Shown here in pieces: positions 54,340 through 64,000 of a DNA stretch of 64,000 nucleotides. The notes under the pieces were generated by a model. It worked only from the letters and a program-made list of their open reading frames with translations, was not told where the DNA came from and did not search any database. Location of the stretch: IMG/VR virus record IMGVR_UViG_3300043427_002668, one strand, 5' to 3'. A program made the position numbers and the translations under genes. The first letter of the stretch is position 1. Each line of letters starts with the position of its first letter. This DNA is from a virus (Duplodnaviria > Caudoviricetes).

Positions 54340-55341
54340 ATGTTTGAATACTTTTATCACGAAATTTTAAGAAAAACCGTTGTATCATTTGGATCTTTAT
54401 TCAACAATATATCCATCAAACATACAAATAACTCCGATCAAGTCGTAAGTGTAATAAAAGTACCACTTGCGTATGGACCAACTCAAAAATTTCTTGCCAG
54501 ACTTAATCAATCTCCAAATTTAAGTAAACCAATTCAAATAACATTGCCGAGAATGTCATTTGAATTTACTGGGTTAACATATGATGCATCAAGAAAAGCA
54601 ACTACAACTCAATCATTCTTAGTAAAGTCTGAAGTTGATGGAACTGATGTAAGAAAAGCATATCTTCCAGTTCCTTATAATATGCAATTTGAACTTAGTA
54701 TAATGACTAAGTTAAATGATGATGCTCTTCAAATTGTAGAGCAAATTTTACCATATTTTCAACCGGCATATACATTGACTGTCGATTTGGTTGATACTAT
54801 TCAAGAAAAAAGAGATATTCCAGTTGTATTAGAGAATATCACTATGCAAGATGATTATGAAGGTGATTTTACTACAAGAAGAGTTTTAATATACACTTTA
54901 AGATTTACTGCAAAGACTTATCTGTTTGGTCCAGTTTCTTCCGCTTCCAAGGATATTATCAAAAAGGCATCTGTTGGTTTTATTGCGGGGGATGTTACAA
55001 CTACTCCGACACGAGAGGTTGTTTACTCAGCAGAACCAAGAGCTATCAAAAATTACACAGGTATTATACTTACCAATATATCAAATGATATAACAACATC
55101 GGATCAACTTATCGCAGTAAATGATGCAAGTTCTATTTCGGTCAATAGTTATGTTGATTTGGATGGAGAAGAGTTACTTGTAGTATCTAAATCCGGAAAT
55201 ACATTAACTGTAGAAAGAGGTAAAGATGGAACCACAATAACTTCTCACTTAGCAGGAGCACCAATTAAGTCCATTACTTCCGCAGATAATGAATTAATAG
55301 AAGTTGGTGATGATTTTGGATTTAGTGGAGAGTTCCTCTGA
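54340..55341 (+). CDS. gp15: Tail sheath stabilizer/completion protein gp15
   Basis: YFYHEILRKTVVSFGSLFN; KVPLAYGPTQKFLARL; LPRMSFE. Confidence 0.95.
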   Translation: MFEYFYHEILRKTVVSFGSLFNNISIKHTNNSDQVVSVIKVPLAYGPTQKFLARLNQSPNLSKPIQITLPRMSFEFTGLTYDASRKATTTQSFLVKSEVDGTDVRKAYLPVPYNMQFELSIMTKLNDDALQIVEQILPYFQPAYTLTVDLVDTIQEKRDIPVVLENITMQDDYEGDFTTRRVLIYTLRFTAKTYLFGPVSSASKDIIKKASVGFIAGDVTTTPTREVVYSAEPRAIKNYTGIILTNISNDITTSDQLIAVNDASSISVNSYVDLDGEELLVVSKSGNTLTVERGKDGTTITSHLAGAPIKSITSADNELIEVGDDFGFSGEFL

Positions 55342-55347
55342 TAAGTT

Positions 55348-55773
55348 ATGAAAATGACGAAAAAATTTGATAAGCTTAACGAAACTTTCAATGTGGAAAG
55401 TGAGATAGTACCTGTTAAAGCAGAAAAAGTTTCTGAAGAAATTGAAAAATATTCTGCTGCCGCAGATGACATTAAAAAAGACTATGAATATGCAAGAGGA
55501 AATTTATATTCATTGGTTGAAAAGGGACAAGAAGCAATTAATGGAATTCTTGAATTAGCACAAGAAAGTGAAATGCCAAGAGCTTACGAAGTAGCAGGAC
55601 AATTGATAAAAAATACAAGTGAAATTGCAGAAAAACTAATGGCACTTCACAAGATCAAAAAGGATGTTGAGGAAGAAACTCAGAAAGGACCGACTACAGT
55701 TAATAATGCACTTTTCGTTGGGTCTACTGCAGAACTAGCAAAATTACTTAAACAGCAAACTCAAGAACAATAA
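55348..55773 (+). CDS. gp16: Terminase small subunit gp16
   Basis: DYEYARGNLYSLVEKGQEAI; PRAYEVAGQLIK; NNALFVGSTAEL. Confidence 0.92.
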   Translation: MKMTKKFDKLNETFNVESEIVPVKAEKVSEEIEKYSAAADDIKKDYEYARGNLYSLVEKGQEAINGILELAQESEMPRAYEVAGQLIKNTSEIAEKLMALHKIKKDVEEETQKGPTTVNNALFVGSTAELAKLLKQQTQEQ

Positions 55774-55798
55774 ATAAATAAAGGTTCCTTTTATATTA

Positions 55799-57517
55799 AT
55801 GTCTAAAATTAAGTCCCATAAGTCTGTTGAGCAAATTGCAAAGAAGCATCGACTTGAAGTTTCTTTTATACAAAAGCAACTTGATATGGGAGAACCTATT
55901 GAACATGAACATACTAAAGATCACAATCTTGCTAGAGATATTGCTCTTCAGCATTTAGATGAGATACCAGATTACTATACCAGACTAAAAAAAATGGAAA
56001 ATGATGCTAAAAAGCATCATAATAAGTTTAAAGATGTGAAAGAAGAAACTAAATCCGGAGATGAAGGTCTCCATGATTGGTTCAATAAATCTAAATCATC
56101 TGACGGTAAAAAAGGTTGGGTTCAACTTGGTGGCAAATGGGCAGGAAAGCCATGTGCTCGTCAACCAGGACAAACTTCTACACCAAAATGTGGTAGCTCA
56201 AAAATGAAAAGATCACTTTCCAAAAATGAAGAAGAAGCAGCAAGACGTAGAAAAAATATACAAGACCCAAATCAACCACAAAAAACAGGTGGAGCAAAGC
56301 CAACTAACGTGAGAACTGAAGAAATGGATTTACAAGAAGTAAAAGACAAACCAGGTAAAGGTAGTGGTAAAAAAGATGCCTGTTACCATAAGGTAAAGTC
56401 ACGTTATGATGTTTGGCCTAGTGCATATGCATCTGGAGCACTAGTTAAGTGCCGCAAATCTGGTGCTGCAAACTGGGGGACAAAATCAGAGTCTACAACG
56501 CAAGACGAAGAGAGATATTGTCCCTTATGTGATAAAAGGGAGACTAGATCAGAATGCTCCTATGGAGGAAAGGCATGGGATAAAGTCTCAGTCAAAGATC
56601 ACGAATATTCCATGGTTCGTTCAGAACTCGAAACTCTCATAAATGCTGCAGAAAGACTTAAGGCAAAAGTAGAAAAAGGTGAGGGGAGTATAGAAGCTTG
56701 GGTTCAATCAAAAATCACTAAGGCAGCAGATTATCTTGACACAGCAGCAGATTATGTCGCTAGTGGAGAAATGGAAGAGGCATGTTGGTCTGGATATAAG
56801 CAAATTGGAATGAAGAAAAAAGGAAATAGAAAAGTTCCAAATTGTGTTCCCGAAAACGTAACTATTGAAGATGCTGATGGAAATACATTTGCAGAAGTTG
56901 TGGATTTAATTAAACCAGAACCGATTAAAGGATTTAAATCTCAGGTAGAAGAGGCAACCAGATTGCAGGCTCAAACTGGAAATGTAATTGGTGTTACTCT
57001 TTCTTGGAGAGGAAAATATTATTCACTTAAGATGTTTTTCCCACAGGTAAAACTTCCAACCAGAAAGGAAATTAATGTCGAACTAGAAAAGGTTTACCCT
57101 GGATGCAATGTAGTTCACCATTCCGTTTCCGAAATACAACCAGGTCAACCTCTAATTCAAGCATTTGGTCCTCAAGGTGGCAGCGCGGCAAAACCAGGAC
57201 CTAATAGAAACTATGTAAAACCAATGGGAATGTATGGTGAAGAGACGGAAGTTGATGAGGATTGGCAAAAAGTTAATCGTCAAGACAAAACTGATGGATT
57301 AAGTCAGAAAGCGGTTAATGCTTATCGCAGAGAAAATCCGGGTTCAAAACTTCAAACAGCAGTAACTGAAAAAAATCCAACAGGAAAAAGAGCAGATCGT
57401 CGTAAGTCTTTTTGTCGTCGTATGAAGGGTATGAAAAATAGACTGACATCTGCTGAAACGGCAAGGGATCCAGATAGCAGAATTAATAAAGCACTTCGTC
57501 GTTGGAATTGTAATTAA
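55799..57517 (+). CDS. Modular, Cys-containing protein; putative internal head protein
   Basis: Concatenated short modules (EHEHT..ALQHLDE; KKDACY..WPSAYASG; CW.GYK..VPNCV; RRKSFCRRM..RWNC); AATAAATA upstream at 55769. Confidence 0.65.
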   Translation: MSKIKSHKSVEQIAKKHRLEVSFIQKQLDMGEPIEHEHTKDHNLARDIALQHLDEIPDYYTRLKKMENDAKKHHNKFKDVKEETKSGDEGLHDWFNKSKSSDGKKGWVQLGGKWAGKPCARQPGQTSTPKCGSSKMKRSLSKNEEEAARRRKNIQDPNQPQKTGGAKPTNVRTEEMDLQEVKDKPGKGSGKKDACYHKVKSRYDVWPSAYASGALVKCRKSGAANWGTKSESTTQDEERYCPLCDKRETRSECSYGGKAWDKVSVKDHEYSMVRSELETLINAAERLKAKVEKGEGSIEAWVQSKITKAADYLDTAADYVASGEMEEACWSGYKQIGMKKKGNRKVPNCVPENVTIEDADGNTFAEVVDLIKPEPIKGFKSQVEEATRLQAQTGNVIGVTLSWRGKYYSLKMFFPQVKLPTRKEINVELEKVYPGCNVVHHSVSEIQPGQPLIQAFGPQGGSAAKPGPNRNYVKPMGMYGEETEVDEDWQKVNRQDKTDGLSQKAVNAYRRENPGSKLQTAVTEKNPTGKRADRRKSFCRRMKGMKNRLTSAETARDPDSRINKALRRWNCN

Positions 57518-57532
57518 TAATAGGTTTTTATT

Positions 57533-59182
57533 ATGTCAAATGATGTATATCTTGGTAATCCGTTACTAAAAAAAGCAAATACTCCTATAGAATTTACTCA
57601 AGAACAAATTCTTGAGTTTGTTAAGTGTCAAAATGATCCTGTTTATTTTGCTAAAAATTATGTAAAAATTGTAACCTTGGATCATGGTCTTCAGACATTT
57701 AAGCCTTATCATTTCCAAGAAAAGTTAATTAATAACTTTCACAAGCACAGATTTAATATATGTAAGATGCCTCGTCAGACAGGTAAGTCTACGACTGTGG
57801 TATCTTTTTTACTTCATTATGCAGTTTTTAACGATAATGTAAATATTGGTATTCTTGCGAACAAGGCAGCAACTGCTAGAGAACTTTTAGATAGATTGCA
57901 AACTGCATATGAGAATCTTCCCAAGTGGATGCAGCAAGGTATTATTTCTTGGAATAAAGGTTCACTTGAACTTGAAAATGGTTCTAAAATTTTAGCAGCA
58001 TCAACATCTGCATCTGCTGTTCGAGGAATGTCTTTTAACATTCTATTCTTGGACGAATTTGCGTTCGTTCCAAATCATATTGCAGATTCTTTCTTTGCAT
58101 CTGTTTATCCTACGATTACTTCAGGTAAACAAACTAAGGTTATTATTGTTTCTACTCCACACGGTATGAATCATTTCTACCGAATGTGGCACGACGCCGA
58201 AAAAGGTAAAAATGAATATGTATTTACCGACGTTCATTGGAGTGAAGTTCCCGGAAGAGATGAGGAGTGGAAAAAACAGACGATTGCAAACACTTCAGAA
58301 TCTCAGTTTAAGGTTGAGTTTGAATGTGAGTTTTTAGGGTCAGTTGATACTTTGATTGCACCATCTAAACTTAGAACCCTTGTCTACGATAGCCCTAAGA
58401 CCAGTAGCGCGGGTTTAGATGTATATGAAGACCCAGTAGAAAATCACGACTACCTCATCACTGTAGACGTTGCTAGAGGCGTTGGAAACGATTACTCAGC
58501 ATTTGCCGTTGTTGATATTACTCAGTTTCCCCACAAGGTTGTTGCAAAGTATAGAAATAATGAAATTAAACCAATGCTTTTTCCCACTATAATACATGAA
58601 GCAGCAACTGCATATAATGCAGCATATATTTTATGCGAAGTAAATGATGTTGGAGATCAAGTAGCAAGTATTCTCCAATATGATCTAGAATATAATAATC
58701 TTTTGATGTGTTCTATGAGAGGACGAGCGGGACAAATTGTAGGACAGGGATTTTCTGGAAAGAAAACTCAACTTGGAGTTAAAATGTCCAAAACAGTTAA
58801 AAAGGTTGGATGTCTTAACCTAAAGACAATGATTGAGGAGAGCAAGTTATTATTAAATGATTATGATATTATTAGTGAACTTACTACTTTTATTCAAAAA
58901 CATAATTCATTTGAAGCAGAAGAAGGATGTAATGACGACCTGGCAATGTGTTTGGTGATTTATGCTTGGTTAGTGGCTCAGGATTATTTTAAGGAACTCA
59001 CCGACCAAGATGTTAGAAAACGATTATATGAGGAACAAAAAAATCAAATAGAACAAGATATGTCTCCCTTTGGGTTTATTTCAGATGGCACTGATGAAAC
59101 AACTTTTGTCGATGATGATGGGGATAGATGGTATGTTGATGAATATGGAGATAGAGCTTATATGTGGGAATATATTCACTAA
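57533..59182 (+). CDS. gp17: Terminase large subunit gp17
   Basis: YLGNPLLKK; RQTGKST Walker A; LFLDEFAF Walker B; DVARGVG.DYS; NDDLAM. Confidence 0.97.
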   Translation: MSNDVYLGNPLLKKANTPIEFTQEQILEFVKCQNDPVYFAKNYVKIVTLDHGLQTFKPYHFQEKLINNFHKHRFNICKMPRQTGKSTTVVSFLLHYAVFNDNVNIGILANKAATARELLDRLQTAYENLPKWMQQGIISWNKGSLELENGSKILAASTSASAVRGMSFNILFLDEFAFVPNHIADSFFASVYPTITSGKQTKVIIVSTPHGMNHFYRMWHDAEKGKNEYVFTDVHWSEVPGRDEEWKKQTIANTSESQFKVEFECEFLGSVDTLIAPSKLRTLVYDSPKTSSAGLDVYEDPVENHDYLITVDVARGVGNDYSAFAVVDITQFPHKVVAKYRNNEIKPMLFPTIIHEAATAYNAAYILCEVNDVGDQVASILQYDLEYNNLLMCSMRGRAGQIVGQGFSGKKTQLGVKMSKTVKKVGCLNLKTMIEESKLLLNDYDIISELTTFIQKHNSFEAEEGCNDDLAMCLVIYAWLVAQDYFKELTDQDVRKRLYEEQKNQIEQDMSPFGFISDGTDETTFVDDDGDRWYVDEYGDRAYMWEYIH

Positions 59183-59412
59183 TGGATTTAGATAAGCAAA
59201 TAAAATTAGGACATTTATTACTTACAGATAGAAAGTGTAGAGTTTGTGGCGAAATAAAAAATTTGATAGATGGATTTTATAGAACCAGGAAGGATAGAGG
59301 TCCTGTTGCATCTTCATATTCTTATGAATGTAAAGAGTGCTCTGTTAAAAGAATTATTAATTTAAGGAAAAATCAATTACTACCATCGAAGTGGGAATAC
59401 CCTGACTGGTAG
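59182..59412 (+). CDS. Zn-finger protein
   Basis: CRVC...CKEC; TAATG-coupled to gp17. Confidence 0.7.
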   Translation: MDLDKQIKLGHLLLTDRKCRVCGEIKNLIDGFYRTRKDRGPVASSYSYECKECSVKRIINLRKNQLLPSKWEYPDW

Positions 59413-59448
59413 TTCACGTCTTATTTCCCCCCTGTAAAGTAACGTTTT

Positions 59449-59456
59449 AATAAATA
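59449..59456 (+). promoter_or_regulatory. Late promoter for gp18
   Basis: AATAAATA. Confidence 0.65.
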
Positions 59457-59490
59457 ATTTTTAGTTAATCTGAGATTTACGGAGAAAAAC

Positions 59491-61689
59491 ATGGCGACTC
59501 CTCAATTATCTCCTGGTGTACTAATCAGAGAGGTTGATTTAACTGTAGGAAGAGCTGATAATGTTTTAGATAACATTGGAGCTATTGCAGGTCCTTTTGC
59601 AATTGGTCCAGTTGACGAAGCGGTTGATATCACTACAGAAAGAGAACTTATCAACGTTTTTGGAAAACCACTTTCAACAGATGCTCAATATGAGTATTGG
59701 ATGACAGCATCAGCATTTCTTTCTTATGGTGGTGTTCTTAAGGTTTCAAGGGTAAACGGAGATAATCTAGTAAACGCAAATGCTATTAGAAACGCTGCTG
59801 GCGTTTCTACTGCAGGAGAACCTTCATTAAAGATTAAAAATTTTGATGACTATCAGGCAAATTATGCCGATGATATTGCAAATTATATTTTTGCAGCAAA
59901 AAATCCAGGTTCTTGGTCTAATAATTTAAAGGTATGTGTAATTGACGATAAAGCGGATCAGATCCTCAATGTTGGAGCAGCAGTAACTGCTCAAGCAACT
60001 GTCGGTATGGCAGTTACAACAACTTTAACAAATGTCGTTTCTGCTGGAGTAGGAACTACTTCATTATTCAGTGGTTATTTGAAAAGTATTGTTACTGGCA
60101 TTGGGGCAAGCACTCTTGATGTAAAGATAACCTCAGTAGTCAGCACTGCCGGAGTAGAAACTCCAGTAACTTACGCACAGAAATCCAGACTAAGATCTTT
60201 TACCCCAGCAACTGGAGGTGGATCAATAACAGTTGCTTTAATAGATTCTGCCGGCAGTGAAGTTGATACTGCATCAATTAATACCGGAACTAATCCAATT
60301 AGAGATTGGTACGATCAGCAAGTTCTTACTCTAAGCAATACTGCAATTTATTGGAATTCTATTGCACCTAAACCAGGTACATCACAATATGCAGCGCAGA
60401 GAAATGGAAGAAGTGATGAAATTCACGTAGTAATTGTTGATGATACTGGTACAGTAACAGGTACACAAGGAACTCTTTTAGAAAAGCATATTGGTTTATC
60501 AAAAGCGGTTGATGCAATTTCTGCGATTAATTCTCCACAGAAAATATGGTGGAAAGATTACTTGGCACTGTATTCAAATTATGTTTATGTTGGCGATAAT
60601 CCTTCGGATGAACTAAATGTAAATGAGCCAGTCTCTGCTACTGGATTCTCAACTGCATTTACGGAATACACTAACTCAGAGGGTCTTTGGAATAAAGACG
60701 CTCAGGATAGAACCTACAGCGCACTTGGTAACGTAACTTATAATCTCAGTGGAGGTAAAGATTATTCCAATAGTGGTGGAATGACTGCTACTTTGGGAGA
60801 TTTAATTACTTCATATAATCTATTCTCCAACCGAGATGAAATTCAAGTTGATTATTTAATCATGGGTCCTGGTTTAGGAAACAAATTTGAATCTCAAGCA
60901 AAAGCGAACCATTTAATTTCTCTTGCAAATCAGAGAAAGGACTGTGTTGCTGTAATTTCTCCACATCGCACCGATGTAGTAGATGTTACGAATAGCGATG
61001 ATCAAACGGATAATGTTTTAGAGTTCTTCTCTCCACTTTCATCGTCTTCTTATGCAATTTTTGATGCTGGATACAAGTACACTTATGACAGATTTAATAA
61101 CAAATTCCGTTATATTCCCTGTAACGGAGATGTTGCTGGTCTATGTGTAAGAACTTCTATCTTTGCATATCCATGGTTCTCTCCAGCAGGTCAGCAAAGA
61201 GGAATTCTTAATAATGCTATTAAACTTGCTTACAATCCCTCAAAAGCACAGAGAGATCAACTTTATCCACAGAGAATTAATGCAATCATTAATCAACCTG
61301 GAATTGGAATTCTTCTCTTTGGTGATAAGACTGCTCTCGGATATGCATCTGCATTTGACAGAATCAATGTTCGTCGTCTGTTCCTAACCGTAGAGCAAGC
61401 TCTTGAAAGATCAGCACAGGCACAACTCTTCGAGTTGAACGATGCCATTACTAGAGCGAACTTTGTCAACATCGTAGAACCATATCTGCGCGATGTTCAA
61501 GCAAAGAGAGGTCTCTATGGATTCTTAGTTGTTTGTGATGAAACAAATAACACCCCAGATGTTATTGATAACAACGAATTCCGAGCAGACATTTATCTGA
61601 AGCCTGCGAAGTCTATTAACTATGTAACTCTAACATTCGTAGCAACCAGAACTGGTGTTGCGTTTGAAGAAGTTGTTGGAACTGTTTGA
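59491..61689 (+). CDS. gp18: Tail sheath protein gp18
   Basis: LSPGVLIREVDLT; PWFSPAGQQRG; GDKT...SAFDRINVRRLF; IKPAKSINY-like C-terminus. Confidence 0.97.
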   Translation: MATPQLSPGVLIREVDLTVGRADNVLDNIGAIAGPFAIGPVDEAVDITTERELINVFGKPLSTDAQYEYWMTASAFLSYGGVLKVSRVNGDNLVNANAIRNAAGVSTAGEPSLKIKNFDDYQANYADDIANYIFAAKNPGSWSNNLKVCVIDDKADQILNVGAAVTAQATVGMAVTTTLTNVVSAGVGTTSLFSGYLKSIVTGIGASTLDVKITSVVSTAGVETPVTYAQKSRLRSFTPATGGGSITVALIDSAGSEVDTASINTGTNPIRDWYDQQVLTLSNTAIYWNSIAPKPGTSQYAAQRNGRSDEIHVVIVDDTGTVTGTQGTLLEKHIGLSKAVDAISAINSPQKIWWKDYLALYSNYVYVGDNPSDELNVNEPVSATGFSTAFTEYTNSEGLWNKDAQDRTYSALGNVTYNLSGGKDYSNSGGMTATLGDLITSYNLFSNRDEIQVDYLIMGPGLGNKFESQAKANHLISLANQRKDCVAVISPHRTDVVDVTNSDDQTDNVLEFFSPLSSSSYAIFDAGYKYTYDRFNNKFRYIPCNGDVAGLCVRTSIFAYPWFSPAGQQRGILNNAIKLAYNPSKAQRDQLYPQRINAIINQPGIGILLFGDKTALGYASAFDRINVRRLFLTVEQALERSAQAQLFELNDAITRANFVNIVEPYLRDVQAKRGLYGFLVVCDETNNTPDVIDNNEFRADIYLKPAKSINYVTLTFVATRTGVAFEEVVGTV

Positions 61690-61722
61690 TTATTATAAAT
61701 TAACTATAGGAGGATCCAAAAA

Positions 61723-62313
61723 ATGGCACACTCAATTCAAGACTTCAAGAAGGCACTTATTGGTGGAGGTGCGAGACCTAATCTATTCGAAGTTGCTATT
61801 CCAACTCTCCCAAATGGAGTTGATTTTGGTGGAACTGAAGGACAAGATAACTTCAGTATGCTCTGCAAATCAGCTGCTCTTCCAGCATCAAATATAGCGT
61901 CAATCGACGTTCCCTTTAGAGGACGTATTATGAAAGTTGCTGGAGACAGAACATTTGATACTTGGACTGTAACTGTTATTAATGATGAAAACTTTGCAAT
62001 CAGAAATGCAATGGAAATTTGGATGCAAAAGATCGGTCAGTATGGTGATGCAAGCGGAGATACTAATCCAGCAGACTATATGGTTGATGCATATGTTAAG
62101 CAACTGAAGAGATCTGCATCTGCTACTGGATTTAATTCTGCAACTGGCGGGGGACTACAAGCAGCTGCTTTGTATAAGTTCTATTCAATCTTCCCAACAA
62201 ATGTTTCTGCGATTGATCTTTCATATGATACCTCCGATACCATTGAGGAATTCACTGTAGAATTCCAGGTCCAGTACTGGACTCCACAGGGAGCACAAGA
62301 GGCTTGGCAATAA
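61723..62313 (+). CDS. gp19: Tail tube protein gp19
   Basis: GGARPNLFEV; VPFRGRIMKVAGDRTFDTWTVTVIND; IEEFTVEFQVQYW. Confidence 0.97.
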   Translation: MAHSIQDFKKALIGGGARPNLFEVAIPTLPNGVDFGGTEGQDNFSMLCKSAALPASNIASIDVPFRGRIMKVAGDRTFDTWTVTVINDENFAIRNAMEIWMQKIGQYGDASGDTNPADYMVDAYVKQLKRSASATGFNSATGGGLQAAALYKFYSIFPTNVSAIDLSYDTSDTIEEFTVEFQVQYWTPQGAQEAWQ

Positions 62314-62314
62314 A

Positions 62315-62322
62315 GATAAATA
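62315..62322 (+). promoter_or_regulatory. Late promoter for gp20
   Basis: GATAAATA. Confidence 0.6.
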
Positions 62323-62348
62323 GATAAAAATACGTTTAGACTTTAATA

Positions 62349-64000
62349 ATGGCAAAATTGTTTGGTTTTTCAATTGAGGATAACGATCCACAATCACCTG
62401 GCGCTGTTTCCCCCGTTCCTCCCAATAAGGAGGACGGGGTTGACCACTATTTGAGTAGTGGTTTTTTTGGATCTTATGTAGATATTGAAGGCGTCTATAG
62501 AACAGAATTTGACCTAATTAAAAGATATCGTGAGATGGCACTGCACCCAGAGTGCGATAGTGCTATTGAGGATATTGTTAATGAGGCAATTGTTTCTGAT
62601 ACTAATGATAGTCCCGTTCAAATTGATTTAGATAACTTGAATGCCAGCGATGGAATTAAGAAGAAAATCAGACAAGAATTTAAATATATTTTAGAACTTT
62701 TAGATTTTGATAAAAAATCTCACGAAATTTATAGAAATTGGTATGTTGATGGAAGACTTTATTACCACAAAGTAATTGATCTAAAAAATCCCGAGGCTGG
62801 TATTCAGGAACTAAGATATATTGACGCAATGAAAATGCGTTATGTTCGTCAGGCAAAGAAGAAAGAAGGAGACAAATATAGGATTTCAAACAGAAATGTA
62901 GATAATCCGATGGATTATGAGTTCCCCGAAATTGAAGAATATTTCATTTATGAACCAAAAATGACCTATCCAACAGGAACTCCAGCTCCTGGAACAATGG
63001 GAGGTTCAAATTCAGGAATCCGCATGACAAAGGATTCCATTACTTATTGTACTTCAGGTCTTGTAGATAGAAATAAAGGGTCAACACTTTCATATCTACA
63101 CAAAGCAATTAAATCACTCAATCAACTTCGTATGATTGAGGATTCACTAGTTATTTACAGATTATCTCGTGCGCCAGAACGTCGTATTTTTTACATTGAC
63201 GTAGGCAATCTACCAAAAGTGAAGGCGGAACAATATCTTCGTGATGTTATGATGCGTTATCGTAACAAACTTGTTTATGATGCAAACACTGGCGAAATTC
63301 GTGATGATCGCAAGTTTATGGCAATGCTTGAGGATTTCTGGCTTCCTCGCCGTGAAGGTGGCAGAGGAACGGAGATTTCCACACTACCCGGCGGACAGAA
63401 CCTTGGAGAAATCACAGATATTGAATATTTTAAAAAGAAACTATATCGCTCACTGAATGTTCCACCATCAAGAATGGATGGAGAAGGTGGATTTAATCTA
63501 GGTCGTTCATCAGAAATCCTCAGAGACGAAGTTAAGTTTAGTAAGTTTGTTTCTAGACTGAGAAAAAGATTCTCATATATGTTTAGTGATATGCTGAGAA
63601 CTCAATTGATTCTTAAGAACATCATTACGCCAGAGGACTGGCAGCAGATGGACGAACATATTCAATATGATTTTCTATATGATAATCATTTTGCAGAACT
63701 TAAGGATGCTGAGTTATTAAATGAAAGACTAGGTATGGTTCAAATTGCAGAACCATATGTCGGAAAATATTTCTCTCAGGATTATGTAAGACGTAAAATT
63801 CTTCGCCAAACTGACGTAGAAATCCTGGAGCAAGATGCATTAATTAAAAAAGAAATTGAAGATGGTATTATTCCGGATCCAAATGCACCAGTAGATCCTA
63901 TGACTGGTATGCCTTTAGATCAAACGGCACAAATGAATTTGGGACAACCAGTAATGGAACCGGATCTTAACGCTCAAGCAAAAACAACTCAAGTAAATGC
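62349..64000 (+). CDS. gp20: Portal protein gp20 (runs off the window end; absent from the ORF track)
   Basis: MAKLFGFSI; YREMALHPECDSAIEDIVNEAI; YRLSRAPERRIFYIDVGNLPKVKAEQYL; LPRREGGRGTEISTLPGGQNLG. Confidence 0.97.
   Translation, partial: MAKLFGFSIEDNDPQSPGAVSPVPPNKEDGVDHYLSSGFFGSYVDIEGVYRTEFDLIKRYREMALHPECDSAIEDIVNEAIVSDTNDSPVQIDLDNLNASDGIKKKIRQEFKYILELLDFDKKSHEIYRNWYVDGRLYYHKVIDLKNPEAGIQELRYIDAMKMRYVRQAKKKEGDKYRISNRNVDNPMDYEFPEIEEYFIYEPKMTYPTGTPAPGTMGGSNSGIRMTKDSITYCTSGLVDRNKGSTLSYLHKAIKSLNQLRMIEDSLVIYRLSRAPERRIFYIDVGNLPKVKAEQYLRDVMMRYRNKLVYDANTGEIRDDRKFMAMLEDFWLPRREGGRGTEISTLPGGQNLGEITDIEYFKKKLYRSLNVPPSRMDGEGGFNLGRSSEILRDEVKFSKFVSRLRKRFSYMFSDMLRTQLILKNIITPEDWQQMDEHIQYDFLYDNHFAELKDAELLNERLGMVQIAEPYVGKYFSQDYVRRKILRQTDVEILEQDALIKKEIEDGIIPDPNAPVDPMTGMPLDQTAQMNLGQPVMEPDLNAQAKTTQVN

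Noticed and set aside
1-64000. tRNA, rRNA or photosystem genes (psbA, hli), and a diversity-generating retroelement
   Set aside because: No cloverleaf or T-loop signature, no such ORFs, no reverse transcriptase and no adenine-specific repeat pair were recognised by eye; tRNAscan and Rfam were not run.

Overview
A 64-kb segment of a T4-like cyanophage (cyanomyovirus) genome. All confident genes but one lie on the + strand. Positions 1-25.3 kb are an accessory/early region of about 85 tightly coupled, mostly small ORFs. It includes a [2Fe-2S] ferredoxin (petF), an SF2 helicase, a putative type II restriction-modification pair, a ligase-fold protein, two proteins with T4-type capsid-targeting N-termini and one antisense HNH homing endonuclease. 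From 9.6 to 24.0 kb the genes are partitioned by 13 co-oriented copies of a ~35-bp element (AAAGGGGGGAC-N4-AAAGTGTCCYAGTAGT-ATG/RTAAG) that sits flush between stop and start codons. A non-coding segment at 22.8-23.3 kb carries divergent sigma70 promoters, two 28-bp direct repeats and an AT-rich tract, and is a candidate origin. From 25.3 kb to the end is the late structural module: GT-A protein, gp25, gp6, gp7-like giant (4144 aa), gp8, VrlC-like protein, gp13, gp14, gp15, gp16, a modular protein, gp17, gp18, gp19 and a partial gp20, with NATAAATA late promoters. No tRNA, rRNA, CRISPR array or integrase was seen. Gene calls come from motif recognition by eye; no database search was run.
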